NCBI RefSeq assembly: GCF_009914755.1
Contig: NC_060926.1
Length of the DNA stretch: 64,000 nt
Origin: the human T2T-CHM13v2.0 reference genome, Homo sapiens
Reading direction: 5' to 3' (one strand)
In this document: positions 25,359 to 37,040 of the stretch, piece by piece
Layout: each line of letters begins with the position of its first letter
Position numbering within the stretch: the stretch's first letter is position 1
Made by a program: the position numbers and the translations under genes
Notes under the pieces: model-generated
The model's input: the letters and a program-made list of their open reading frames with translations, nothing else
Told to the model about the DNA's origin: nothing
The model's database searches: none

Positions 25359-26821
25359 AAGGTGTTCTTTGGAAATACTGCATGTAGGTGAAAACTAGGG
25401 GAACAGCTAGCAGAGGTGAGAGTGGGTGCTTCCAGGAGGTGGGGTGGGTGTTGCGGAGGGTGGGCCCACAGCATTGACCCTGTGCTGTAGGTGCAGAGGG
25501 CTGGGGGCTGAGTGGGCACAGATGAGCCAGTGAGGCCCTGGGCTCAGGAAGTGCAGGGTGGGGCTGAGATTCCTCTGTACGCCCAGCCCCCGCTGGATGT
25601 GATGCCCCAGATGCCAGCAGGAGGAAAAGGGTTTGAAGAGCGGGAGCCATAGTGTGGAAGGGGAGTAGGGGGTCCCATCCTGAGGGAAACTGGAAGGCAT
25701 GACTGAAGGCCGCGGGCCGAGCCTGAGCCCACGGCAATGGGAATGGTGCAGCAGCCACCATCTGGGATGCAGGCAGCTGGGGATGCCAGGGAGGGGGTCT
25801 GGCCAGCAACAGACCCCAGGGGATGGTGGAATCTCCTCCCCCAAATTCAAGCAGCCGGTGGTGTTTATGAGGCTTACAGGCAGGCCAGGGGCTCCAGAAC
25901 CCTGCCTTGCCAAGCCTCCTAATTGAGGGAGGGAGACCCAAGCTGGGCCAATTCTGTGTAGCCTGCAATAGATCCATTGTTCACCCCTATTCACCGCCAC
26001 ATAAAAGCCGAATTTGTGGGAACCAGGGCTCAGTGTGTTTCTCAGCCTGGCTGAGGCATCCGGGCGGTGTGGCCCCGTCATGCCGCCGTTGGGGCCCCCC
26101 TGGGCTCTGCAGCCTTTGAGGGCCTCTGCTGGGAGTCGGGCACCAGCCCATCGCCCTCCTCCCTCTGACTTTTTGGCTCTCGCCTCTCTGATGTTGTTGG
26201 AAACAGGGAGATTAAAGAGCAGGTTGCCTGTTTCACTTCTGGCTGCTTGTCCTAGATTCGCTGATTCGTCCCAGAAGCAGGTATTGTGAGCCCACAGGGT
26301 GGGGAGTCAGAGGCGCTTGCTGGGCCAAGAACCGCATCTCGGAATTAAAGGGATGGAGATGCCTTTGAATTGTGCGCTGAATCACTCTGGATGGCTGGGA
26401 GGCAGCTCTCCAGCCCACTGGCCTTGAAGGCAGAACCTTGACCCCTGCTCTGCTCCCAGGGAGATGCCAGCCACTTACCCCACAGGCAGGCCAAATGATT
26501 GTACACACTGCAAAAGGAGATTTATATATATTTTTTTTTAATGAAAAAAAGACAATCGCCTCTCATTTCTCCAGGTCCCTTCTCTGAGCAAACGCTCCGT
26601 GCTAATGGCCCAGTGTGGACAGACCCTGTCCCCCTCCCTCCTGGGCCGGGCTGGGCACTGCAGGCAGATCAGACCACACACATTCATCCACAGCTGCATT
26701 TTCTCATTCAAGGATACATTCTGGACATCTGCCAGGTCAATATATATTAGACTCATCCATTCATTTTGTTAGGAAAAAAATTGGGGTGAGGTTGGTCATC
26801 ATTGTGGATAGAGCTCCCGCA

Positions 26822-27197
26822 TGAGGCCCCAACAGACCAGATCAAACCAAAATGAAGGCACTCGTGCTAAATGCCACATAATGAAACTGACACTTTAAAG
26901 AAGCAGATAGGTCCCAAGCAGACCAGTATTTCCTGAAAACAGGAGATTCCAGTCTACCTGAGTCAGGTAATAAGTACGTCTCCTCCGCTCTACCCCTTAC
27001 ACAAAAAGCCGTCGCCGTCTGCCTCTTGTTCTGATTCTTTGTTCCCACCTTACAAAACCTGCTGTTCTGCCATTGCCTGGTGGGAGTTCTCATTGTGTTT
27101 TGTAGAAACAGAATCGGAGCTCTGCCCCGATTCATGAAGAGTGAATAAAAGCCAATTAGACCTATAAGCAGATATGTTGTCATTTTGTCTCCTGACA
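26822..27197 (+). mobile_element. ERV1 solo LTR (MER34/MER39-like)
   Basis: TG...CA ends, cagaccagatcaaaccaaaatg, ttcctgaaaacaggagattccagtctacctgagtcag, and AATAAA near the 3' end. Confidence 0.6.
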
Positions 27198-27221
27198 TTT
27201 CTGACAGCTGATAAACCTTAG

Positions 27222-27410
27222 TACAGGACTTCTCGGCCTCAGCACTGTAGACACTTGGGGTGGACCAAGTCTCTGTGGTGGGGCCGTCCTGTGCCCTGCG
27301 GAGCGTTCAACAGCATCTCCGGCCTCCGCCCACGATGTCCAGGAGCGCTCTCCAGTCTAGACAGCCCAAATGGTCTCCAGACATCGTCACACTCCCGTGG
27401 GGCCCTGCTC
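27222..27410. mobile_element. MER20 DNA transposon
   Basis: ttctc..cctcagcactg..gacacttggg..tgtggtggggccgtcctgtgc..cagcatc..ggcctc..tctccagacat. Confidence 0.8.
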
Positions 27411-27444
27411 AATTGTGTGCACACACCCACGTGCATTCGGCGAA

Positions 27445-27605
27445 TTTCTGCGCGTGCGTGCCCAGGTTACTTCCAGGACCTCGCAGCTCTAAGCGGTGAA
27501 TCTCTGCAAGTGAGGGCCCAGGTTACTTCCAGGACCTTGCAGCTCTAAGCGGCGAGTCTTCTGCGGGTGCGTGCCAAGGTTTCCAGGACCTCGCAGCTCT
27601 AAGCG
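27445..27605. repeat. ~55-bp tandem triplication
   Basis: ttccaggacct(c/t)gcagctctaagcg at 27471, 27527 and 27581. Confidence 0.9.
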
Positions 27606-28340
27606 ATGATGCTGGAAACATCTTGAAATATACCTGACATTCATGATTTTACTTTCATACAATTGATCCCTCCCAGTGAACCTGCTGCGGAAAGGCAGAC
27701 TTACCTTGTCACGACGCCTAAGCTGCAGGACTTGTGCAAAGCTGCCCCCGTGATCTGGAAAGCCCAGCAGTGTGTTCACAGTCACGTGGTTTGATAGATT
27801 TTTGCAAAACAAATCAAACCAAACCTTGATGTTTTCAGGCAGCCAGTTAAGCCCATTGTCTTTGCTCTGCCTGCCCTGGCATGGCTGTGTGGTGGGCTGG
27901 CTGTGTGGGGCTCTTTACTGTGGGTTTGGTGGACCATCTTTATGAGGTTTGCAATCACTTCTGGGCAGAGCCAAGCCACTGTAAGCTGTCCCAGGTCCTG
28001 CCCACTATGCTGGCTGGCTGGGGATGGTGACATGAAGGAGCGGGCCTGAGGTCACATCACGCAATGAAGGCATTCCGCAGCTCGCTGTACCAGAAGTGTG
28101 CGTGTAAGGAGGGCAGGCTGTGCACACAGGGAGCTGGAAGCCACTCTGGGAAAGGGTCTGCAGTGGAGGGAGGGTGCAGTTCTTATCAGTGCATTAGCAA
28201 AAGGCAGTTGTCTTCTGCCACAGGCCAGGTGCACAATTAGAAACTCACCATACGCTTTTCCCCACCTTTTCAAAAAATGACAAATGGCGAAAATGGAATC
28301 CCTGTGATTGTAGGGCAGAAACCTGCAGCGACATGGCAAA

Positions 28341-29987
28341 ATCCAGGACACCTGAATGCGGGGCACATGTCACACGCAGCCCCCCACGGTACCACATCCT
28401 GACGCACCTGAATGTGGGGTACACGTCACACGCAGCCCCCCACGGTACCACATCCTGACGCACCTGAATGTGGGGTACACGTCACACGCAGCCCCCCACG
28501 GTACCACATCCTGATGCATCTGAATGTGGGGTACACGTCACACGCAGCCCCCCCACGGTACCACATCCTGATGCACCTGAATGTGGGGTACACGTCACAC
28601 ACAGCCCCCCACAGTACCACATCCTGATGCACCTGAATGTGGGGTAGACGTCACACGTAGCCCCCCAACGGTACCACATCCTGACGCACCTGAATGTGGG
28701 GTACACGTCACATGCAGCCCCCCACGGTACCACATCCTGATGCATCTGAATGTGGGGTACACGTCACACGCAGCCCCCCACGGTACCACATCCTGACGCA
28801 CCTGAATGTGGGGTACACATCACACGCAGCACCCCCACGGTACCACATCCTGACGCACCTGAATGTGGGGTACACGTCACACGCAGCCCCCCATGGTACC
28901 ACATCCTGACGCACCTGAATGTGGGGTACACGTCACACACAGCCCCCCACGGTACCACATCCTGACGCACCTGAATGTGGGGTACACGTCACACGCAGCC
29001 CCCCCACGGTACCACATCCTGACGCACCTGAATGTGGGGTACACGTCACACGCAGCACCCCCACGGTACCACATCCTGACGCACCTGAATGTGGGGTACA
29101 CGTCACACGCAGCCCCCCACGGTACCACATCCTGACGCACCTGAATGTGGGGTACACGTCACACGCAGCCCCCCCACGGTACCACATCCTGACGCACCTG
29201 AATGTGGGGTACACGTCACACGCAGCCCCCCCACGGTACCACATCCTGACGCACCTGAATGTGGGGTACACGTCACACGCAGCCCCCCACGGTACCACAT
29301 CCTGATGCACCTGAATGTGGGGTACACGTCACACGCAGCCCCCCATGGTACCACATCCTGACGCATCTGAATGTGGGGTACACGTCACACACAGCCCCCC
29401 CACGGTACCACATCCTGATGCATCTGAATGTGGGGTACACGTCACACGCAGCCCCCCATGGTACCACATCCTGACGCATCTGAATGTGGGGTACACATCA
29501 CACGCAGCCCCCCCACGGTACCACATCCTGACGCACCTGAATGTGGGGTACACGTCACACGCAGCCCCCCACGGTACCACATCCTGACGCACCTGAATGT
29601 GGGGTAGACGTCACATGCAGCCCCCCCATGGTACCACATCCTGACGCACCTGAATGTGGGGTACACGTCACACACAGCCCCCCACGGTACCACATCCTGA
29701 TGCACCTGAATGTGGGGTACACGTCACACGCAGCCCCCCCACGGTACCACATCCTGACGCACCTGAATGTGGGGTACACGTCACACGCAGCCCCCCACGG
29801 TACCACATCCTGACGCACCTGAATGTGGGGTACACGTCACACACAGCCCCGCACGGTACCACATCCTGATGCACCTGAATGTGGGGTACACATCACACGC
29901 AGCCCCGCATGGTACCACATCCTGACGCACCTGAATGTGGGGTAGACGTCACACGCAGCCCCCCACGGTACCACATCCTGACGCATC
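28341..29987. repeat. 56/57-bp VNTR minisatellite, ~29 copies
   Basis: Unit cctgacgcacctgaatgtggggtacacgtcacacgcagcccccc(c)acggtaccacat. I counted 29 tgaatg starts. Length variation comes from the C6/C7 run. Confidence 0.99.
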
Positions 29988-30485
29988 TTGGCCTGAATAG
30001 GTCTGGGGCTTCCAGACACAAGAGAAACAAAGTTCATAGAGTGATGTGAGGTCGCTGATCAGGCCACATGAGGCATACCCCGTCGGAGAATCTGTGAGGC
30101 TTCTTGGAGAGTCACTCAGCCAAGCCCCGCACTTCTACCTCCAGGATATTCCCCAACCCGGTCGGCTCACGGTCCTCCTGCTGCCGCCCCACCCCATGCC
30201 CACCCTGGGAGCACCCGAGATCAATTTACCCAGCAGCCGCTGAGTGACACTTAGACACTCCTGCCCTTCCCCAAACCCCTGCAGAGCTTCCGATGGGGCT
30301 TCTGACGGCCTGGGACAAAACCCCGAACCTTAGCCTTGCCCGCCTCTAGGGCCTCCCTGGTCTTCCCTCAGTCCCTCAGCACCAGGGTCCTTTCCTGATC
30401 CCCGGCCTTTGTCCAGCGGTTCCCTCTGCCGGATACTCCTCTGCCTGCCCCTGCCTGATGCCCGCCTGCCCAATATCTCAGCTGA

Positions 30486-30917
<432 letters not shown>

Positions 30918-31184
30918 TGAAGCTGAAGGCCATGGTAGTTGAAGGTCATGCCACTGGGCACTGAAATTCACCCTTCATTGGCCAGTTTAGAGATAATGTT
31001 CATAGGGCACCATGGTAACGGTAGCTTCTGCTGTTTTTCAGAAACGTGGGCCAGCTCCTGTTCAGTTCAAGCCAGGAGAGACCACCAACCCTTCCACTGT
31101 GCAGAGACCATGGACAGCTACAAAAGTGCAGGGTTCACCAAGGACCCCTGCCTCCCCCCCAGGCTCTGGCCACCTGCTGCACCG

Positions 31185-31592
31185 CCTTGTGGTCCTGTGC
31201 GGTCTCATGGCCCTGTGCAGCCCTGTGGTCCTGTGCATGGTCCTTTGAAGCCTCATGGTCCTGTGTGGCCTCGTGGCCCTGCACCATCTCGTGGTCCTGT
31301 GCAACCTCATCATTCTGCATGGTCTCGTGGTCCTGTGTGGCCTCATGGTCCTGCGTGGCCTTGGGGCCCTGTACCACCTTGTGGTCCTGTGCAGCCTCGT
31401 GGTCCTGTGCGGCCCTGTGGTCCGTGCATAGTCCTATGTGGCCTCATGGTCCTGTGCAGCCTCATAGTCCTGTACTGCCTTGTGATCCTGTGCACGGTCC
31501 TGCATGGCCTTGTGGTCCTGTACCGCCTCATGGTCCTGTGTGACCTCCTGGTCCTGTGTGGCCTCGTGGTCCTGTGTGACCTCGTGGTCCAG
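31185..31592. repeat. Degenerate ~18-bp tandem repeat (cctc(a/g)tggtcctgtg(c/t)(a/g)g), ~22 copies
   Basis: Recurring tggtcctgtg. It produces periodic QDHEAT and PHGPV peptides in the ORF track. Confidence 0.92.
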
Positions 31593-31925
31593 TAGTGTCG
31601 GCTCACAGCTTGTCTCTAGCTCCCCGTGTTCACATTTGTCCACTGTCTGACCCCCAACTAGAGTGTCTGCTACGGGAGCAGGACTGGGTCTGGCTGGTCC
31701 CCCACTGTGTCCCCATGTTTGACCTGGCACCTGACTCACCACAGTGACCAGGGGGCAGGGTGGAATGAGTGGATGGATTGCAGCAGAGATGGCGGCCTGG
31801 GTGGACCTGGGGTGATGGGATGCAGGAGCAGCAGGCAACCTTGGTGCGGGCCTGGCAGGTGTAGTGAGGCATTGCTCTGGGGCCTTCTTGGCCTTGCCAC
31901 CTCCTGGGCATCTTGACCTGGGCCT

Positions 31926-32078
31926 CTGGCCCCCATGGTGTGACGTCATCCCTGCATGAGAGAGGAGGGCCGTGGCCCCCGTGGTGTGGTGTGACGTCAT
32001 CCCTGTGTGAGAGAGGAGTGCCATGGCCCCCGTGGTGTGGTGTGACGTCATCCCTGCATGAGAGAGGAGGGCCGTGAC
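31926..32078. repeat. 51-bp tandem triplication, each unit carrying TGACGTCA
   Basis: TGACGTCA at 31941, 31992 and 32043 within tggtgtgacgtcatccctg..tgagagaggag..gcc(g/a)tg. Confidence 0.95.
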
Positions 32079-32269
32079 CCACGCACCACCGCCAGGCTTC
32101 TTAGGAGGCCGGACCCTCAGGCACCGCGAGGACACGGGAGCTGCGACCCATGGGCATTGTGGGAACTTGAGTGCCAGCTGCCTCTGCTGCCTGTATGCAC
32201 GTCAGAGGGAGGGGTCTACTCTTCACCCTTGCCCCCTGAAAACCACCTTAGTGCGGCCAAGGAATATAT

Positions 32270-32660
32270 CTGAATGCATGTCCCGGCTGCCACTGCAAAG
32301 GCCTGCGGGCTGGGTGGCTTAGACAACAGCATGACTCCCTCACAGTTCTGGAGGCCGCAAGACTGTGCTCAAGGTGTGGGCAGGGCTGGCTCCTTCTGTG
32401 GCTGTGGGAAGGACCTGTCCCGGGTCCCTCTCCTTGGCTTGTAGATGGCTGTCTTCTCCCTGTGTCTCTTCACATCGTCTTCCCTTGGTGCTTTTCTCTG
32501 TGTCCAAAAAGGGGACATTTGGATTAGGGTTCACCCCAATGACCTCATCTTAACCTCATTACCTCTGTAAAGACCCCATCTCCAAATAAGGTCACTAGGT
32601 GAAGTGCTGGGCATTAGGACTTCAGCATGTGAATTTTGGGGACACAAGTCAGCCAGAAAA
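32270..32660 (-). mobile_element. MaLR LTR (MLT1B/C-like)
   Basis: ctgggtggcttagacaacag..cacagttctggaggc..gacctcatcttaac..tctccaaataaggtcac..ttttggggacaca. Confidence 0.8.
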
Positions 32661-32744
32661 CAGCATCCACCCTGCCTTGCGAGGTGCAGAGTAACAGGCT
32701 CCCATGTCTGAAGGCCGAGTGCTTTCTCTCCCTTGCCTCATGTG

Positions 32745-33110
32745 ATTTTCCTCATGTGATCACAGCCCCGAGATCCGCGTCCTAATCTTTGGACCCTGTG
32801 AATGCCACTTTAGATGGCAAAGGGGACTTTGCAGATGTTATTGCATTAAGGATTTTGAGACAGGAGGTAACCCTGGATTAGTTGGGTGGGCTCTGGATGC
32901 CATCATGGGTGTTCCTGTAGGAGACAGGCAGAGGGAGAGTGGATACACAGGAGGCCACCTGCCTCAGAGGCTGGGGTCAGGGCGCAAGCCAAGGACTGGC
33001 CACCCCCTGACCCTGGAGGAGGCAGAAAGGACTCTCCCTGGAGCCTCTGCGGTGAGCGTGGCCCTGCAGGCACCTTACTCAGCCTGCTGGTCTGGAGGGC
33101 ATGGGGAAGA
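32745..33110 (+). mobile_element. MaLR LTR fragment (MLT1D-like)
   Basis: cgtcctaatc..ggaccctgtgaatg..tggcaaaggggactttgcagatgttatt..ttaaggattttgaga..ccctggatta. Confidence 0.75.
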
Positions 33111-34639
33111 GGATAAAGAGCGTGGGTAACTATTAGTAACATTAGTGATAATATTGGCATTACTATTTTGACATTATGATATGTATGTTGTGGGACAACA
33201 CAGTTTTAAAATTATGTTAACGTTGTTAGGAACCAAGATTTTCCACAAAGAATAAAAGAGATGCTGGCATAGAAGGACATACATGTCATCAACAATTTGA
33301 ATTGGAAATACCGAGATGAACTCATGACTTAGGGGGGACAGGCAGCATCTCAGGGCGGGTGGAGGGAGGCGGGCGGCAGCACCCAGAGTCCTCTGCCCAC
33401 AGCTCCTTCCCAGAAGCACCTCCTAGCCACTACTCCCTGAGCACCTGCTTTGTGCCAGCCCTGGCTTCTGGAGCCACTCTGGACTCACATGCAGGTGTCT
33501 ATGGAGGGTGCTGCCCATCTCTCAGTGTCCCCAGGCTCCTGCTGGACCGATGTACTTCCTCCCATACTCCAGGACCTCACTGCAATGAGACCCAGCTGCC
33601 TTCTCCTCCAGCTGCCTCCTCCCCTCCCCATTCCTCTCCTGTGCCAGGTGGGTGCCTGCCTCTGCTCCAGAATCGGCTGCTCCTCTCCCAAGAATCATCC
33701 TCCCCACCTTCCTGTCCATCCATACCACATCCATCGTTCCAAGCCCAGAGAGATCCTTCCTCTGCCAGGCATTCCTCACTTCCCCTTCCCTTGTCATCCC
33801 CTCCTTGAGGGCGTGCCCCCAGTGGGTGGGGTGGGGGCTGACACAGCTATGGGAGGGGGGTCACAGTGAGGGAGCCAGCCTTGTCTCTCTCCCACATCCC
33901 CAGAGCCCCAGCATAGGGCTGTGCAGTGCGGGGGTCGCCAACCTTCCGTCTCATTCTAAATGGGACCTCTGGGTAATGACCATTTACTTCTCAGACACAT
34001 CATTTTTTCCTGCCCTTGGGGGTGGGGGAAGCAAGTGCAGGTCACAGAAAATGACAAGGTTAGCAAGGAAGCAAGAGAAAACCGCCAGGCACGTTCCCGA
34101 GCCAGGGCTCTGCAGGATGGACGGCTTTGACTCTTCATCTTGTTACTGTTGTGAGGATAGTTTCCTGTGCCTTAGTGAAAGCCAGCACCTCTCTCTCTCT
34201 GGCCGCCTCCCATCCCATACCCCCAGGGCAGCTGGGGTGGGAACCCAGTGTTCACAGCCAAGGAAAGGAACACTGCTGCCTTCTGCACCGCAGGCTCTCT
34301 CTGCGCTCCTCTGGTCAGTAATGCCCATGCGGCCAAATGTTCCAGAAACGCCACATGCATGAGCTATGGCCACGCAGGCCAACCCAAGGGGCCATTTCTT
34401 AATCTTCAGAAGGAAAAGATGAGCTCCTGGCAGCCACACTGATGGGATGAGCACTTGTGCGGGCCTTTGAGAAGTAAAGGGAGAACACTGCAGTCATCAC
34501 TCTCAGGTGTGTTCTCAGATGATGGATTCAGAGAAGGGGCTCACACAGGACAAGGAAAGGAGAAGTTCTCGGTGGCCATGGCTGGAGATCTCTGCTGCAG
34601 GGAACCAGCCTGCCCTCCAGAGGCCTGGCCTGGGGTGCA

Positions 34640-35365
34640 TATGTACCTACATACATGTGCACTGCCACACACATACATGCAGAGATTTATACATGCACAC
34701 ATGCACACACCTACACATTGATGTGCCTGCATGCGCACACACACATGCATACACACATACACAACCACACACACATACACATGTGCACACCTACACATTT
34801 GTGCACGTGTGTGCACATTAGCACACACGTGCACATATGCATGCATACATGCACATAAAACATATACACATGCAAACACACACATGCATATATACATGCA
34901 TACAAATGCACACACATATACACACATATGCACACACACATGCACATGCATATATATGCACACATAAACACACGTTCATGCATACACAAGCACACATATA
35001 CACACATGCACATGAACACACACAGGCACACACATCTACACACATGCACACACATACATGCATACACATGCATGCATACAGATGCACACACATACACATA
35101 CACACACATGCACACACATGCATGCATACAGATGCACACACATACACATGCACACACATGCACACACATACACATGCACACACACATACACACATACACA
35201 TGCACACACATATACTTACATACACATGCACACACATGCATGCATACACATGCACACATATACATGCATACACATACACACATATACACATATATACAGG
35301 CACACATATGCACACACACATACATGCATATGCATGCACACACACATGCACATACACACACATGC
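34640..35365 (+). repeat. ~0.7-kb (CA/TA/TG) alternating purine-pyrimidine tract
   Basis: cacacacatgcatacacatacacatgca-type tract. Confidence 0.97.
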
Positions 35366-36657
35366 CCTCATCCCACATGTCCCTCAAGGTGAGCTGACCA
35401 TTTTCCTGCATCTGTTGATTCATTTATTGGGTGACTCTGAAAGGTTCATCCATCACCCACAACGTGCCTGGCCCTCTTTTTAAGCAAAGAGCAAAACAAA
35501 TGCTCTGCTTTTCCATGCAGCGGGAGCCAGGCATGGTCTCAGCTACAGCCCCCAGTGTGAGCACAGCCCACTCGGGCCTGCAGGGCCTCCCCAGCACAGG
35601 GCTGGGCACAGGGCACAAAGCAGGGCGGCTCACTCAGCTCTGGTTCCATGAATGGACAAATGACCTGGGGTTCCCCAGCCAGAGGAAGAAGGGAGCAGTG
35701 GGTCAAAGATGGAGTCAAGTTTAAAGAACGTTTAAAGAAAGAAAAAGAATCTGCAGTCTTTGAGCCTGTGTACACCCTCAGCACCACCCCATGCACCCTC
35801 ACTAGTGCAGATGCGCAGCTGACGTGGTGCTTGGGTCCTGGGTCCTCAGGCAGAGTGGCACGTGGGTCTCAGCACCTAGGAAGGTCTCAGCTGGAAGGGC
35901 GGGACAGTGGTGGAGCTGAGCAGGGACCAGGGCGGATCCGGGTGGCTTAGGGTCAGGGTACTAAGGCCTCTGCATGCCCCTCTGTCAACCCTCCACCCCA
36001 TCCACACCTGCCTGCAGGTGTGGCAGCCTGGGCCTCTAGCCCACAGACTCTGCATCAGGGCTGTGCCGTTGGCCCAGGCCAGCCCTGCTGCCTGCTGGGT
36101 GGAGCAGCTGATGCCCAGGCTGTGCAGCCAGGAGGGAGATGCCCAGGCCCTCCCATCTTGTCGGCGCTGGCTCACATAGCGGGGTCAGCTATTGGAACAC
36201 CAGCCTCAGTTGGGAAGGTGCTGCCACTGGAACTCAGCTCGCTGCAGAAAAAACTGGGTGGGAGTCCCAGGCTTAGGGGAGACTGAGGGTGTCAGCCTGT
36301 ATGGAGAGCTTTCCTGGGAAGTGGAAGGAGGATGGAAAGAGCAGGGCCAGGCTAAGGAGGGGTCCGTAAGGAAGCAGCCTTGAGGGTCCAGTGAGGAGAA
36401 AGGAAGGGGCTGGAGTGGGGAAAGGAAGGGAGTGTCCAGGGAGGGGCCCTCAGCTCTGGGACCAGTTTCAAGGAGCACAGCAGGCAGCAGGCAGGGCAGA
36501 GTGCTCCAGAGGTGATGCTGCAGGAAGACCCCAGGATCCCCCCTTCCCAGTGAGGGGGTAAGGGGAGGGCGGGAGTTGGGAGGTAGACACATGGGAGACA
36601 GGTTGGCTGAGTCCAGGCAGGAAATGGCACGTGTTTGTGTCACAGGGATGTGGGTGG

Positions 36658-37040
36658 TGATATGGTTTGGCTCTGTGTCCCCACCCAAATCTCATCTCAA
36701 ATTGTAATTCCCATGTGTCAAGGAAGGGACCCGTAATCTCCATGTGTGGAGGGAGGGAGGTGACTGGATCATGGGGGTGGTTTTCCCATGCTGGTCTCAT
36801 GATAGTGAGGAAGTTCTCACGAGATCTGATGGTTTCAAAAATATGGCACTTCCTTACTTGCTAGCCCTTCTCCTTCCTGCTGCCTTGTGAAGAAGGTGCC
36901 TGCTTCCCTTTTGCCTTCTGCCATGATCATGTCTCCTGAGGCTTCCCCAGCCTTGTGGAACTGGGAGTCAATTAAACCTCTGTCCTTTATAAATTACCCA
37001 CTCAGGTATTTCTTTATAGCAGCCTGAAAATGGACTAACA
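36658..37040 (+). mobile_element. MaLR solo LTR (MSTA/THE1D-like)
   Basis: tgatatggtttggctctgtgtccccacccaaatctcatctc ... caattaaacctc..tttataaattaccca..tggactaaca. Confidence 0.9.

Noticed and set aside
28341-29987. CRISPR-like regular array
   Set aside because: Units are contiguous near-identical repeats with no unique spacers and no cas genes, in a mammalian context. It is a minisatellite.
34507-35483. His/Thr-rich and Cys/Met-rich ORFs
   Set aside because: Same artefact from the CA-rich tract.
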